A DNA stretch of 64,000 bases from Thermofilaceae archaeon (GTDB lineage: Archaea; Thermoproteota; Thermoprotei; Thermofilales; Thermofilaceae), in assembly GCA_038727095.1 (NCBI GenBank), contig JAVYWK010000006.1, positions 11,235-75,234 on the forward strand, read 5' to 3'. Position numbers and translations under genes: made by a program. Positions within the stretch are counted from its first letter, which is position 1. Every line of letters starts with the position of its first letter. Below, one piece after another: positions 54,956-64,000 of the stretch. The notes under the pieces are model-generated. The model searched no databases. It worked only from the letters and a program-made list of their open reading frames with translations, and was not told where the DNA came from.

Positions 54956-56133
54956 TCACCCCTAACGACTTCATCCATTCCGACCTCCTTGACGGAGCCT
55001 CGCTTCTCGTCGATGAGCAACACCCTAGCTGCGCAACAAATGCAAGGGTCTATGCTTGCGAAGATCACTGGAACATCGGCCACGTAGACCGGCCTATCCT
55101 TCCTCCCCGTCTTAAGCATCTCGACAAGGGCAGCCAAGTTGGCAAGGGTGGGAGTTCTGACCTTGTACCTGACCGGTCTCTCCGAACCATCGGATCTAAC
55201 GTAGTGGATTAGCTCACCCCTCGGAGCCTCAACGCGCGCCACACTCTCCCCGGGGGGTGGCTTAATCAAGAGGGGGACTTTCGCCCTGACGTCGCCCTCC
55301 GGTAGCCGCTCGAGAGCATAGCGAATCATTTCAATCGACTCCAGCACTTCATCGATTCTCACCATGGCTCTCCCCCAGACGTCGCAAGTATTGTAGACTA
55401 CCACGTTGAACGGCACTTCGTCGTGAATTAGATAGGGATCGCACTCTCTAACGTCGTACGGCACACCTGAAGCCCTGGCCACAGGTCCCACCGCGGAAAG
55501 TTCAACAGCTTTACTGCTGCTCAGGTATCCCACATCCTCTGTTCTAGCCCTTAGGATTGCATCCTCCCCGAGCAACCGCTTGTACTCGAGGACTCTCTTC
55601 CTTAATCCATCCAGTGTACTAATTATTTTTTGGGTCAAAGCTGCGTCAACATTTCTCCTCACTCCGCCTATCACGTTGTAGCTGGTGATGACCCTTCCTC
55701 CTGTGATCTCTTCCATCAGATCTAATACAAGCTCCCTATCACGTTGAGCCAGCATGAAAAGAGAGTCAAACCCTATAACATGTGCCAAGAGGCTTAGCCA
55801 CAGCATATGCGAGTGCATCCTGGCTAATTCCTCTACCACTAAGCGCAGGTGCAAAGCCCTTCGTGGAACCTCCACTCCAGCCAATCGCTCAACATTTATC
55901 GCGTAGCACGTGGTGTGGGCAACGTTACAGATCCCGCAGATCCTTTCGGCCAGGAATAGCCCCTGTACGTACGTTTTAGTTTCCAGCACTTTCTCTATGC
56001 CTCGATGGACGAAGCTAACGTCGACATCGGCGTCTACAACCTCTTCGCCCTCGACCTTGAGTTTTAATTGCACAGCCTCAGGATGCACGGGGTGCTGGGG
56101 TCCTATTGGCAGGTAAATGCTCAACAACCTCAC
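54952..56133 (-). CDS. Group 4 [NiFe]-hydrogenase large subunit (NuoD-like)
   Basis: GPQHP, HRGIEK, ERICGIC (L1), EAPRGE and DPCICC (L2), followed by R and a C-terminal extension. Confidence 0.92.
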   Translation of the reverse strand: MRLLSIYLPIGPQHPVHPEAVQLKLKVEGEEVVDADVDVSFVHRGIEKVLETKTYVQGLFLAERICGICNVAHTTCYAINVERLAGVEVPRRALHLRLVVEELARMHSHMLWLSLLAHVIGFDSLFMLAQRDRELVLDLMEEITGGRVITSYNVIGGVRRNVDAALTQKIISTLDGLRKRVLEYKRLLGEDAILRARTEDVGYLSSSKAVELSAVGPVARASGVPYDVRECDPYLIHDEVPFNVVVYNTCDVWGRAMVRIDEVLESIEMIRYALERLPEGDVRAKVPLLIKPPPGESVARVEAPRGELIHYVRSDGSERPVRYKVRTPTLANLAALVEMLKTGRKDRPVYVADVPVIFASIDPCICCAARVLLIDEKRGSVKEVGMDEVVRGE

Positions 56134-56597
56134 CCTCTTTCGCTTCCTTGCCTGTACTCCTTCCTAAGTGGGTATACTCCAGGCGGCCAACTCTCAGGGA
56201 GAAAGGTTCGCTCCAGCTTAGGATGACCCTCAAAGTGTATACCAAGCATCTCCCAGGCTTCACGCTCGTAGAAGAACGCTGCCGGGTACACGTCTACTAT
56301 GCTTGCGATTCTTGCGTCATCCTTGGGTACGAGAGCCTTAACCGCCACAGATACCCTTCTACCCACATGCGCTATAACCTCAAACCTGTCGCCCGCGTCA
56401 ACGCCGGTAACAGCGGACAGGAAGTCGAAACCCATCTCTTTTAGAGCGACAACCGCCGTGCGGTAGTGCTCTCGATCAACCGTAACGAACACCCTGCGTT
56501 TTCCTGCTATACGGGCATCGAGCAGCGCTTCCCCTAACGCTTCCTTCAACCTTTGCAGCACTTCTTCCTCGCTTACCGGCTCCTCGATCCCGCTCAA
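56130..56597 (-). CDS. NuoC-like subunit
   Basis: TGVD, YEREAWEMLGI.F.GHP.L and YPLRK. Confidence 0.9.
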   Translation of the reverse strand: MSGIEEPVSEEEVLQRLKEALGEALLDARIAGKRRVFVTVDREHYRTAVVALKEMGFDFLSAVTGVDAGDRFEVIAHVGRRVSVAVKALVPKDDARIASIVDVYPAAFFYEREAWEMLGIHFEGHPKLERTFLPESWPPGVYPLRKEYRQGSERG

Positions 56598-57031
56598 CCT
56601 AGCTCACCCCGTTCTATCTTCTCCGCTAAAATTCTCAGAGCATCTAGCACAGCCTCCGGCCTCACGGGGCATCCAGGCACGTAGGCGTGAACCGGAAGAA
56701 CCTCACTCAACCCCCTATGAACGCTGTAGCTTCCCACGTAGATCCCCCCGCTCGATGCGCACGAGCCGACCGCCACCACGAACTTTGGCCTCGCCATCTG
56801 CTCGTATATTCTGCGCAGTCTGCTCTCAACCTGGCGAGTTACGGCTCCCGTCACCAACAGCACATCAGCGTGCCTCGGGCTTCCTTTCAGTAGAACCCCG
56901 AAGCGCTCTGCATCGAAGCGGGGGTTTAGAGCTGCTAGGACCTCAAGGTCGCACGCGTTGCAAGCTCCTGTGTTGAATAGCAGCACCCACAGGCTTCTCG
57001 AGCGCGCCCACCTAGCCAGCCTACTTAGCAT
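56594..57031 (-). CDS. Hydrogenase small subunit (NuoB-like)
   Basis: GACNACDLE (CxxC rather than CC), SPRHAD, VGSCA..GG and VPGCP.RPE. Confidence 0.92.
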   Translation of the reverse strand: MLSRLARWARSRSLWVLLFNTGACNACDLEVLAALNPRFDAERFGVLLKGSPRHADVLLVTGAVTRQVESRLRRIYEQMARPKFVVAVGSCASSGGIYVGSYSVHRGLSEVLPVHAYVPGCPVRPEAVLDALRILAEKIERGELG

Positions 57032-57359
57032 CCCAGCCCACCGTTGATAGTAGAACAATGACGAGCGTGAGACAGTATGTGAGAACCGCGTACTGCAGCG
57101 TAGCGTTCCTGAGCGGGAGCGCCGCCGAAAAGGCGAAAGCCAGCAGCATGGCGACCACGTCCGTCACTGTGAATAAACACACGTACTTGTAGAACACCAC
57201 TGTGAAGGGGACTCTCTCAGGCGGTAAATCTTCGCCGCAGGCGTAGGGCGCTCTACCCCCCTCACCCCCTCGCGACCGTGGGGCGAGCAGTCTGTGTACG
57301 GCGTAGAACGTTGCTAGCACGGCAACTGTGCTGATGAGTAGGTATGCTATCTCTTCCAC
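57021..57359 (-). CDS. NuoA-like membrane subunit
   Basis: TM - PYACGE loop - Y...F...DV - TM layout. Confidence 0.8.
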   Translation of the reverse strand: MEEIAYLLISTVAVLATFYAVHRLLAPRSRGGEGGRAPYACGEDLPPERVPFTVVFYKYVCLFTVTDVVAMLLAFAFSAALPLRNATLQYAVLTYCLTLVIVLLSTVGWDAK

Positions 57360-57399
57360 GCGCGGCTCTGCGATCCCGCCTATATATTTTGAACTCGAG

Positions 57400-57900
57400 C
57401 TATAGCTCCCTTAACAGCTCCTCCATCCTCTTTTTAACCTGAGCTAGCCTATCGCGTTCAGCTTCGAGAGCTCTGGCCAATCGATCGCGCTCTGCTTCGA
57501 GCTCCTTAATCTTTGCTTCATACTCCGCTCTCAACTCGCTTTCGGGTACGAACTTGTCGATCTTCGGCTCTCCGAAGATCAGCCTCTGCCCCTCCTCATC
57601 GTAAGCTACATCAACGGTTATCCTCACAAGATCGCCCTTCGCGCAGCCCATCTTGTTAACGATGACTTCGTAAAGCTTCTTATTAAACTCGGAAACATCC
57701 CTGATGATTACATCGCGAGGAGCGTAGCCTTTGAACGCCGCTAACGCAACGCGGCGGATCTTATCGGCGAAGCGGGCAGCCGGTATAATACCCGTCCTTA
57801 GCTCAACGGTTCTGGCGGCCTTTAGCGCAACCGTGCTGTAAAGTTGCCTGTACTCCTCCACCCGCGCTTCATCACGGGTAATCTCCTCCTCGCTTCCCAC
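57400..57900 (-). CDS. DUF2258 / ThermoDBP-related single-stranded nucleic-acid-binding protein
   Basis: L.TG...A..FADK.RR...A and ..N..LY..IV......GD.VRI.V, plus a C-terminal coiled coil with duplicated LEAERDRLA. Confidence 0.8.
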   Translation of the reverse strand: MGSEEEITRDEARVEEYRQLYSTVALKAARTVELRTGIIPAARFADKIRRVALAAFKGYAPRDVIIRDVSEFNKKLYEVIVNKMGCAKGDLVRITVDVAYDEEGQRLIFGEPKIDKFVPESELRAEYEAKIKELEAERDRLARALEAERDRLAQVKKRMEELLREL

Positions 57901-57961
57901 GTGCTCTAATAACGTTTACTGACTTAAAAAGTTTACTGATACATTAAATTATCCACTGACT

Positions 57962-59212
57962 TCACAGAGGCTCCTCTCTCGCACCTTCATCGATTTCAAC
58001 AAGCCAAGCCCTCCTAGCGCCGGCGCGAAGAGCTGCCTTCGCGATTTCAGCGCCGCGCTCTTCGTCGGTCAAGGCGATCAACGCGCCACCAAGCCCGGCC
58101 CCACTGATCTTGGCACCGTAAGCTCCTGCGTGAAGCATAGCATCGCGTATCCTCTCGAGCTCGGGCAGGCTTACCTCGTAGAGGTCGCGAAGGAGCTCGT
58201 GCTGCCTATTCAGTATGGCTCCTAGAGCTTCTAAGAACCCGCCCGCAGCCGGCTTCACGCCTGCGCGCTCGAGGTCTTCAGCGCTCAGGGCCCCACGTTC
58301 GATCAATCTAAGGGCCAAGAGGGTTGATTCGTGCATGTGTATGGTGAATCTGATCCTGTCAGCCGCCTTAGGATCGATCTTCCTCAAGTAGGGTTCAAGC
58401 CTCTGCAGATCTAAGTTCTCCCAGAGAGGCTCCCAGTACCTTTTACCGAGTGATCTCTTAAGGTCGTCGGGTAGCTCGGTGAGCGAGAGGAGCTGTGCCA
58501 GTCCGCGCTCGATCTCGGCTTGCCTGACCGGGTGTATCGCTGCCACGCGGTGCTTTATGCCGGAATCGGCTACGACCATCTTAACGCCCTGTAGCGGGAG
58601 CTCCTTAACCTCGTAGGGCGGCCTTGTGTTTAGCAGTATTGCGCGCCCGTACGAGGACCCGTACTGATCCAGCCTTCCGCAGGGTATTCCCATAATCTCG
58701 TTCTCCGCCTTAAACGCCAATTCGGCAAGCTCCTTTCTGCTCAAGCCGAAGCCGAAGAAAGCGTCGAGGAGCTTCAGGAAAGCGACTTCCAGGGCAGCGC
58801 TGCTCCCCAAACCTCCGCCAGCGGGGACGTCGCTGTCTATAACAACGCCCAAGCCCCTATCTACGCCGAACCCCGCTCGCCTCAGTGCTATGACGCAAGC
58901 CCTCAGGTAATCGCCAAACCAGCCTCCACCCCTCAGCTGAGGATTCAAGGGGAACCTATCGAGATAGGGGCGTCCATCGCGCTTCAGGTTCAAGCTTACA
59001 ACTTCAAAGTGGTCAGGCAACTCGCGCAAGGCAACCGCATACGTTCTGAGATTAACAGCAATCGGTACGACGGGAAGCCCCTTGTAGTCCTGGTGTGTAT
59101 TTAAGAAGTCCGCTCTGCCGGGTGCTGAGGCTGCTTTTATTGGCCTTCCGAATGTTTCTGCAATCCCGTTCAACACTTCGGATCGGCTTCGAGCAGAGCC
59201 TAGCCCTTCCAC
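57962..59212 (-). CDS. galK: Galactokinase (GHMP kinase)
   Basis: APGR..F...HQDY, P.GGGLGSSAA, CGRLDQ, L.DLYEVS.PEL and GAKISGAGLGG. Confidence 0.88.
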   Translation of the reverse strand: MEGLGSARSRSEVLNGIAETFGRPIKAASAPGRADFLNTHQDYKGLPVVPIAVNLRTYAVALRELPDHFEVVSLNLKRDGRPYLDRFPLNPQLRGGGWFGDYLRACVIALRRAGFGVDRGLGVVIDSDVPAGGGLGSSAALEVAFLKLLDAFFGFGLSRKELAELAFKAENEIMGIPCGRLDQYGSSYGRAILLNTRPPYEVKELPLQGVKMVVADSGIKHRVAAIHPVRQAEIERGLAQLLSLTELPDDLKRSLGKRYWEPLWENLDLQRLEPYLRKIDPKAADRIRFTIHMHESTLLALRLIERGALSAEDLERAGVKPAAGGFLEALGAILNRQHELLRDLYEVSLPELERIRDAMLHAGAYGAKISGAGLGGALIALTDEERGAEIAKAALRAGARRAWLVEIDEGAREEPL

Positions 59213-59455
59213 GGATCTCTCAACGGGATACCGGTTTATATCTTGCTCAAGTGATGCACTACGTAGGACGCGGGTCAGCCACTAAAGTATTACTTCCTGT
59301 CATTAAAGAGCGGGTGTACGAGGATAAATTGTGAACGCTCGGTAAGTGCGATATGGCTCATCTAGAACGGGAGCTGTATCCGCTGGGATTCCAAGCAGAA
59401 GCCCGCAATTGAGAGACGACTCGCTTGAAACGAGAGGTTCGCAGCTAAGGGCTGT

Positions 59456-59971
59456 ATGAATAAGTTTTTGCCCAAGGTTCGAGAGGACGAAGTGGTGGAT
59501 CAATTGCCTTCGTGGCGCGTTCATCGCTTATACGCACGACGGTTTCTGAGTGAAAGAGGGATACGCGTGGATCAGGGGGGCTTTATGATCGATTATCTGG
59601 TCGACCTTCTTGTGGACGCGCCAATGGAGGCTGTAGAGCTGCTCAAAGAAGGGCTGCTCAGACATAATAAGATTCTCGCACTATTGCTCATGGATGGCAA
59701 ACTGAGGCCCTCCGAGCCGATTGGGCAGCACGATTGGGGGGCGTGGCGAGGCTGCTTACCTTCGATCGAGGCTGCGAGACGAGTGGGGGAGATGATCGCA
59801 GGACGAGCTGGAAGGCTACTGGTGGATCTCCACCTATCGCTGGACTACGCCTGGAAGAGGAGGAGTGCTGATGCCTACCTTCAGTGGGCCGAGGAACTGG
59901 ATATAGACCGCGAGGTGGTCGACTTCGTCCTTAGAACGATCTTCAAGGATGCAGATGAGGTGGGTAAGTGA
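59456..59971 (+). CDS. Hypothetical protein, possibly a metal-binding hydrolase (true start probably at LPSWRVH)
   Basis: P.W.VH ... HD ... H..LD pattern of His/Asp residues. Confidence 0.5.
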   Translation: MNKFLPKVREDEVVDQLPSWRVHRLYARRFLSERGIRVDQGGFMIDYLVDLLVDAPMEAVELLKEGLLRHNKILALLLMDGKLRPSEPIGQHDWGAWRGCLPSIEAARRVGEMIAGRAGRLLVDLHLSLDYAWKRRSADAYLQWAEELDIDREVVDFVLRTIFKDADEVGK

Positions 59972-60003
59972 GGTTTATGTGGCACATCGCATACGATTTC
60001 TGA

Positions 60004-61263
60004 ATGCAGGAGGACTGGTTATCGCTCTACGAGCAGCTCAGGGCTGGAAAGGGGGCTGACGCAACCGATCTACTTGAGAAGCTGAAGGAGCGCTTCGTCG
60101 CGCAGGTCGTGGGCTACGACCTGGAGAAGATGAGAGCATGGATACTCGAGCTTGAGGCAGCAGTGGAGGCGGCCTGCAAGGCTTTGGGAGCGAGGGGGGT
60201 AGTGTACCCTAAGGAGTTTAATTCCTTCATCGAGGAACCAGAGGCGCACCTCAGGAAGAAGCTGTTCATCTACGCGCACGATCTGGTCCGCGGCAGGCTA
60301 TCGCCTGAGGAGTTCCGCGAGAAGGCTTCTGCCGCCGTTAAGACGTCAATCCTCACGAACGGTAGATCGCTGTACCAGTCCTGGGTGTACGTGGTGTTAG
60401 TCTACCACTTGGCCAAGAACGGCTACAGGCTCATCTACCCCGACGACCTCTACCTGCACCTTGAGCGTACGGGGAGGCAGCGCACCGGCGGGATACCGCC
60501 GAACGCCGTGCTCTCGGACGGCGTCAAGGCTCTGAGCCTCTTCATCGAAGCACCGCGGCCTGTGGGTTGGGAGGATAGCAAAGATCTCTCGAGGGCGTGG
60601 AAGCTCTACACGGCTCTGAGGCCTGACATATTAGCCTACGGCGGGAGGGTTCTGAACATCGTTACCCTCGGTGACGAACCCCCTGTACTGAGGCCGGATG
60701 TCATCATCGAGTGCAAGGAGCTTGACGATTGGTATAAGAGAGCTAGGGAGCTTAGGGGGCCCATTGCCGCGCCTTTGAGCGCTGAGGAGTGGAGGGAGAG
60801 GTGGATCTCAGGCCTCTACATCGGCTTGGCTGACGTCCTGAACGTGAAGCTATCAGACGTTATCTCCAAGCTGAAGGAGAGGAAGGGTTTAAGGCTGCGA
60901 GACCCTCAGATCGTGCTCCTCTACAAGCGCTTCTATGAGCCGAAGAGAATGTTCCTCGTTTCGAGAGCAGCTGTGCCGGCCGACGTTAAGAGGATGCTGG
61001 AGGATGAGGGCGTGGAGCTCGTCGAGAGCGTCGGTTTTTCAAAGGAGGACCTCGCACCGGTAGCCGAGGCGCTCGAAGAGGTTTCGGCTACCGAAGTCTT
61101 TAGAGCGGACTTCGTTGAGCTTACCCCACGTGCTAAGGAGCTGTTGAAAATCGCGATTGAACGGATGGCCGGCAGGGAGCTAGCCCCGCCTCAACTCGTT
61201 GAGCAAGCCCTGGAGGAGTACGTACTAAGGCTGAGGAGCGCTAAGCAACCGGAACAGGATTGA
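60004..61263 (+). CDS. PD-(D/E)xK nuclease-like protein
   Basis: LYQSW, LRPDIL and RPDVIIECKE; C-terminal RHH-like segment. Confidence 0.6.
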   Translation: MQEDWLSLYEQLRAGKGADATDLLEKLKERFVAQVVGYDLEKMRAWILELEAAVEAACKALGARGVVYPKEFNSFIEEPEAHLRKKLFIYAHDLVRGRLSPEEFREKASAAVKTSILTNGRSLYQSWVYVVLVYHLAKNGYRLIYPDDLYLHLERTGRQRTGGIPPNAVLSDGVKALSLFIEAPRPVGWEDSKDLSRAWKLYTALRPDILAYGGRVLNIVTLGDEPPVLRPDVIIECKELDDWYKRARELRGPIAAPLSAEEWRERWISGLYIGLADVLNVKLSDVISKLKERKGLRLRDPQIVLLYKRFYEPKRMFLVSRAAVPADVKRMLEDEGVELVESVGFSKEDLAPVAEALEEVSATEVFRADFVELTPRAKELLKIAIERMAGRELAPPQLVEQALEEYVLRLRSAKQPEQD

Positions 61264-62895
61264 TAAGTTGAGCTCAGCTACCGCTACCGGCTTCTCCAGG
61301 CCCCAGTTCACGAGCACCTTGGGGTGAACTTCGCCTGCGAAGCCGACTTGTTCGCCATCGACAACGATCAGAGCGTACCTGCCTTTGATGAACGACGGGT
61401 GCTCCTCGCGCTTGAACGTGCACTCGAGGCGGAGGAGGCGCATCAGCTCCTTTACGACCGCTAACACTTCGGTTAATGTTGCCCTGCTGTCTGAGTGCGC
61501 GAAGGCCAGCCTCCTCTCCTCCCTCACCCTGTTCTCGGCCTCCTCGTCCAGCAGAACCACATCCCCGCATTCGAAGATCCTCTGGGGGTAGTCAGCGTGC
61601 TTGCTTCTTGACAGAACCTGCAGCAGGAGAGGCGTCAACCACGTCCTCAGGCACGAGAACTGGGCTTGCTTCGGGTTCTCCACTTCCACTGTGGGTAGCT
61701 CGGGGGCCTCCATTAGAGTGTAGAGGACCTCCTTGCAGGTGAGCATGTAGTTCTGAACCTCTTGGAAGCCGAAGCCCACCATGAGCTCCCTCAGCCTTCT
61801 GCTGAAGACCTCGATGGGGGCCTCGCCGCCCGCGTGCTGCGGGGGCATAAGCTCGGGCGTCAACCGGTCGAAGCCGTAGCCCATGACCACCTCCTCGACC
61901 AGGTCGACCGGGTGCAGTATGTCGATCCTGTAGGCCGGGATTCGCACGGCGATCGACTGGCCCTTAACCTCAGCGTCGAAGCGCATCAAGCGTAGGCACC
62001 CCACGATCTCGCCGAGCTGCAGCTTCAAACCTGCCACCCGCTCGAGCAGCTCCGGCTCGAGGAGCATTTCGCTAGGTTCGAGGCTTAACTCGTGCACCCC
62101 ATCCCGGGAATGGACCGCTACCAACCCGATCTTCTCCCCCCGCTCGGCTATCGATGTCACCATCACCGCTAGAACCTCCTTCGCGGCCTTCAGGTCTGTA
62201 GCTGTGACATCCACCAGGACCTCCACGGTTTTCTCGGTGACCTTTGAGTCCTCGCTGTTCACTATCGGGGGCATCGATAGCACCTTACCTTCACCGTCGA
62301 CCAATATCGGGAACCTGGCTTTACCAGCTAGCAAGTGTCCGTACTGAACACCCTTGGGGTGGTTCTTGAGTATCTCGCGGAGGCTCAGCTCCCTCCCAAA
62401 CTCGAGCGGAGTAAAGGCAACAGCGCCCGGATCGGCTTCAAGGTACCGGATGGGGAACTTCACGCGGGATAGGTCGTAAACACCGATGGACACCTTCCTC
62501 CGATCCCTACCGTAGGTCGCGTGAAGCTTCTCCTGAAGCTGCATGATCTGGCTGATCGCTTCATCGTCCAACTCCAGGCCGTGGACCGTCGCTAGGAGAG
62601 CGTACGGCCGGTAAGCAGGACCCTCGTTAATAGCCTCGCCCACCTTCTCGATCCTGAACGCTCTGAGACCCTCCTCGACTCTGAGCAACCCCCTTAGGGC
62701 TCGCGAGAGACCCTCAGCGGAGAAGAGGTCCGGTCTATCGTGCGTAGCCTCGTACACCACGTAGCCGCCCTCAACGGCCTCGAACTCGCACTTCAACCGC
62801 GGCAGCAGATTCTCCAACTCCTCCTGCCCGACCTCACGCCCTACGAGCCTATCGAGGTCGAAGAGAGCCACCCTGCACACCGGCATAGCTACCAC
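61225..62895 (-). CDS. pheT: Phenylalanyl-tRNA synthetase beta subunit
   Basis: RPDL.S.EGL.R, LQEKLH, SMPPIVNS, P.YR.DILH..DL.EEV and GEVHP.VL. Confidence 0.96.
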   Translation of the reverse strand: MVAMPVCRVALFDLDRLVGREVGQEELENLLPRLKCEFEAVEGGYVVYEATHDRPDLFSAEGLSRALRGLLRVEEGLRAFRIEKVGEAINEGPAYRPYALLATVHGLELDDEAISQIMQLQEKLHATYGRDRRKVSIGVYDLSRVKFPIRYLEADPGAVAFTPLEFGRELSLREILKNHPKGVQYGHLLAGKARFPILVDGEGKVLSMPPIVNSEDSKVTEKTVEVLVDVTATDLKAAKEVLAVMVTSIAERGEKIGLVAVHSRDGVHELSLEPSEMLLEPELLERVAGLKLQLGEIVGCLRLMRFDAEVKGQSIAVRIPAYRIDILHPVDLVEEVVMGYGFDRLTPELMPPQHAGGEAPIEVFSRRLRELMVGFGFQEVQNYMLTCKEVLYTLMEAPELPTVEVENPKQAQFSCLRTWLTPLLLQVLSRSKHADYPQRIFECGDVVLLDEEAENRVREERRLAFAHSDSRATLTEVLAVVKELMRLLRLECTFKREEHPSFIKGRYALIVVDGEQVGFAGEVHPKVLVNWGLEKPVAVAELNLSILFRLLSAPQP

Positions 62896-64000
62896 CTGAT
62901 GGGGGGTTCCCAGTTCCTGAGGAACTCGAGGTCCTGCGCGAAGAGAAGCCTGATGTCATCGACTCCCAGCACGGTCATCGCAATCCTGTCAATCCCGATC
63001 CCCCACGCCGCCACGTTGGACCCCCCTATACCCAGCGGCTCCAGGACCTCCGGCCTGAACATCCCGCCCGGGAAAACCTCGATCCAGCCCAGCTTGGGGT
63101 GCTTGATGAAGCCCTCAACGCTGGGCTCGGTGAATGGGAAGTATGCGGGCTTGATCTTCACGGGTCCCAAGCCGAGCCTCCTGGCCAGCTCCTCGAAGAA
63201 CCCGATCAGGTGCCTGAGAGTTACTCGCCTGCTCACGATGATACCCTCGAGCTGGTAGAACTCCATGCTGTGCTTCGCGTCGAGGTTCTCAGGCCTGAAG
63301 ACCCTGTCGAGGGCGAAGCACCGGTACTCCCCCTCACCCCTCGAGTAGAGGGTTCTCACCGATACGGCCGTCGTCTGGGTCCTCAGGATCAGCCGAGCGG
63401 CTCTGAGGGGATCCCACCTGTAGCCCCAGCCCTTTGAGCCGGTTCCGCCGCCGTGCTCGTGGACCGCTTTCACCCTTTCCAGCAGCCCCGCGTCCCTTAC
63501 GAAGCCGTGCGTGGGGTGCTTGACGAAGAAGGTATCGTGGATCTCCCTGGCCGGGTGATCCTGAGCCTGGAAGAGAGCGTCAAAGTTCCAGAGCTCCAGC
63601 TCGACGTGAGGCCCTTTCATCTCCTCGAACCCCATCGCCACCAGCGTCTCCCTCACCTCATCGAGGAACTCGAGGTAGGGGTGCTTCCGACCCGGGTATA
63701 CGCGGGGCGGCGGCAGGCTTAAATCGTACTCCTTGAACACCGCGCTCCTCCACTCCCCGCTGATTATCACCTCCGGAGTCAGAGCGGTTACCACTCTGGC
63801 CGCGCGCAGCGCCCCTGACTCCAGCAGCCTCCTCGCCTCCTCCGTCAGCGCGAGGTACAGCTCTGAAACCCTCCTCACGGAGACCAGCCTCCGCCGCTTC
63901 AGCTGCTCCAGGAGCTCGGGCGCGACGGGGGCTCCCGCACCCACTCTCACCAGCGCCTCCCTGAGCCCGCGAGCCTCGCCTACAGCCCTCTTCAGGGCTT
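62889..64000 (-). CDS. pheS: Phenylalanyl-tRNA synthetase alpha subunit (5' part outside the window)
   Basis: WNFDALFQAQDHPAREIHDTF, LRTQTT, EFYQLEG, YFPFTEPS, GMFRPE and AWGIGIDR. Confidence 0.96.
   Translation of the reverse strand, partial: ALKRAVGEARGLREALVRVGAGAPVAPELLEQLKRRRLVSVRRVSELYLALTEEARRLLESGALRAARVVTALTPEVIISGEWRSAVFKEYDLSLPPPRVYPGRKHPYLEFLDEVRETLVAMGFEEMKGPHVELELWNFDALFQAQDHPAREIHDTFFVKHPTHGFVRDAGLLERVKAVHEHGGGTGSKGWGYRWDPLRAARLILRTQTTAVSVRTLYSRGEGEYRCFALDRVFRPENLDAKHSMEFYQLEGIIVSRRVTLRHLIGFFEELARRLGLGPVKIKPAYFPFTEPSVEGFIKHPKLGWIEVFPGGMFRPEVLEPLGIGGSNVAAWGIGIDRIAMTVLGVDDIRLLFAQDLEFLRNWEPPIRW

Noticed and set aside
57440-57505. Duplicated LEAERDRLA peptide in the DUF2258 protein
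   Set aside because: An ordinary coiled-coil duplication with diverged codons.
59213-59455. Possible sRNA or pseudogene between galK and the next ORF
   Set aside because: Only short interrupted frames, with no convincing box motifs or stems.

Overview
This is an archaeal chromosome segment, most likely a Thermofilum-like crenarchaeon. That assignment is inferred from a multi-intron tRNA, an archaeal DTD2, a DUF2258 ssDNA-binding protein and many leaderless genes. Bases 772-28270, between sua5 and the 3' end of tRNA-Arg(CCU), form one ~27.5 kb locus combining three modules. (i) A Ced/Ted-like DNA-transfer operon: VirB2-like pilin, CedA/VirB6-like membrane protein, a giant 1254-aa CedA paralogue and a VirB4/CedB-like ATPase. 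(ii) An elaborate type IV pilus system: ATPase, TadC-like platform, three major-type pilins, several minor pilins and repeat-containing adhesins. (iii) A ParA / wHTH / ParB-RHH partition-like module, plus apparently inactivated enzymes (tyrosine-recombinase-like, HerA-like, PD-(D/E)xK-like, Cys-less glutaredoxin). Many pilus-region genes share an AATAAATA-type promoter, and one probable regulator is frameshifted at a C7 tract. The tRNA carries two non-canonical introns and appears to have a K-turn/C-D-box-like RNA as its 5' leader. The rest is mostly metabolic or housekeeping: GH5-like glycosidase, YprA/SftH-type helicase, Liv ABC transporter, dtdA, PfkB kinase, radical SAM protein, a complex-I-like group 4 [NiFe]-hydrogenase operon, galK and pheTS. 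All family assignments come from motif recognition by eye, not database searches.
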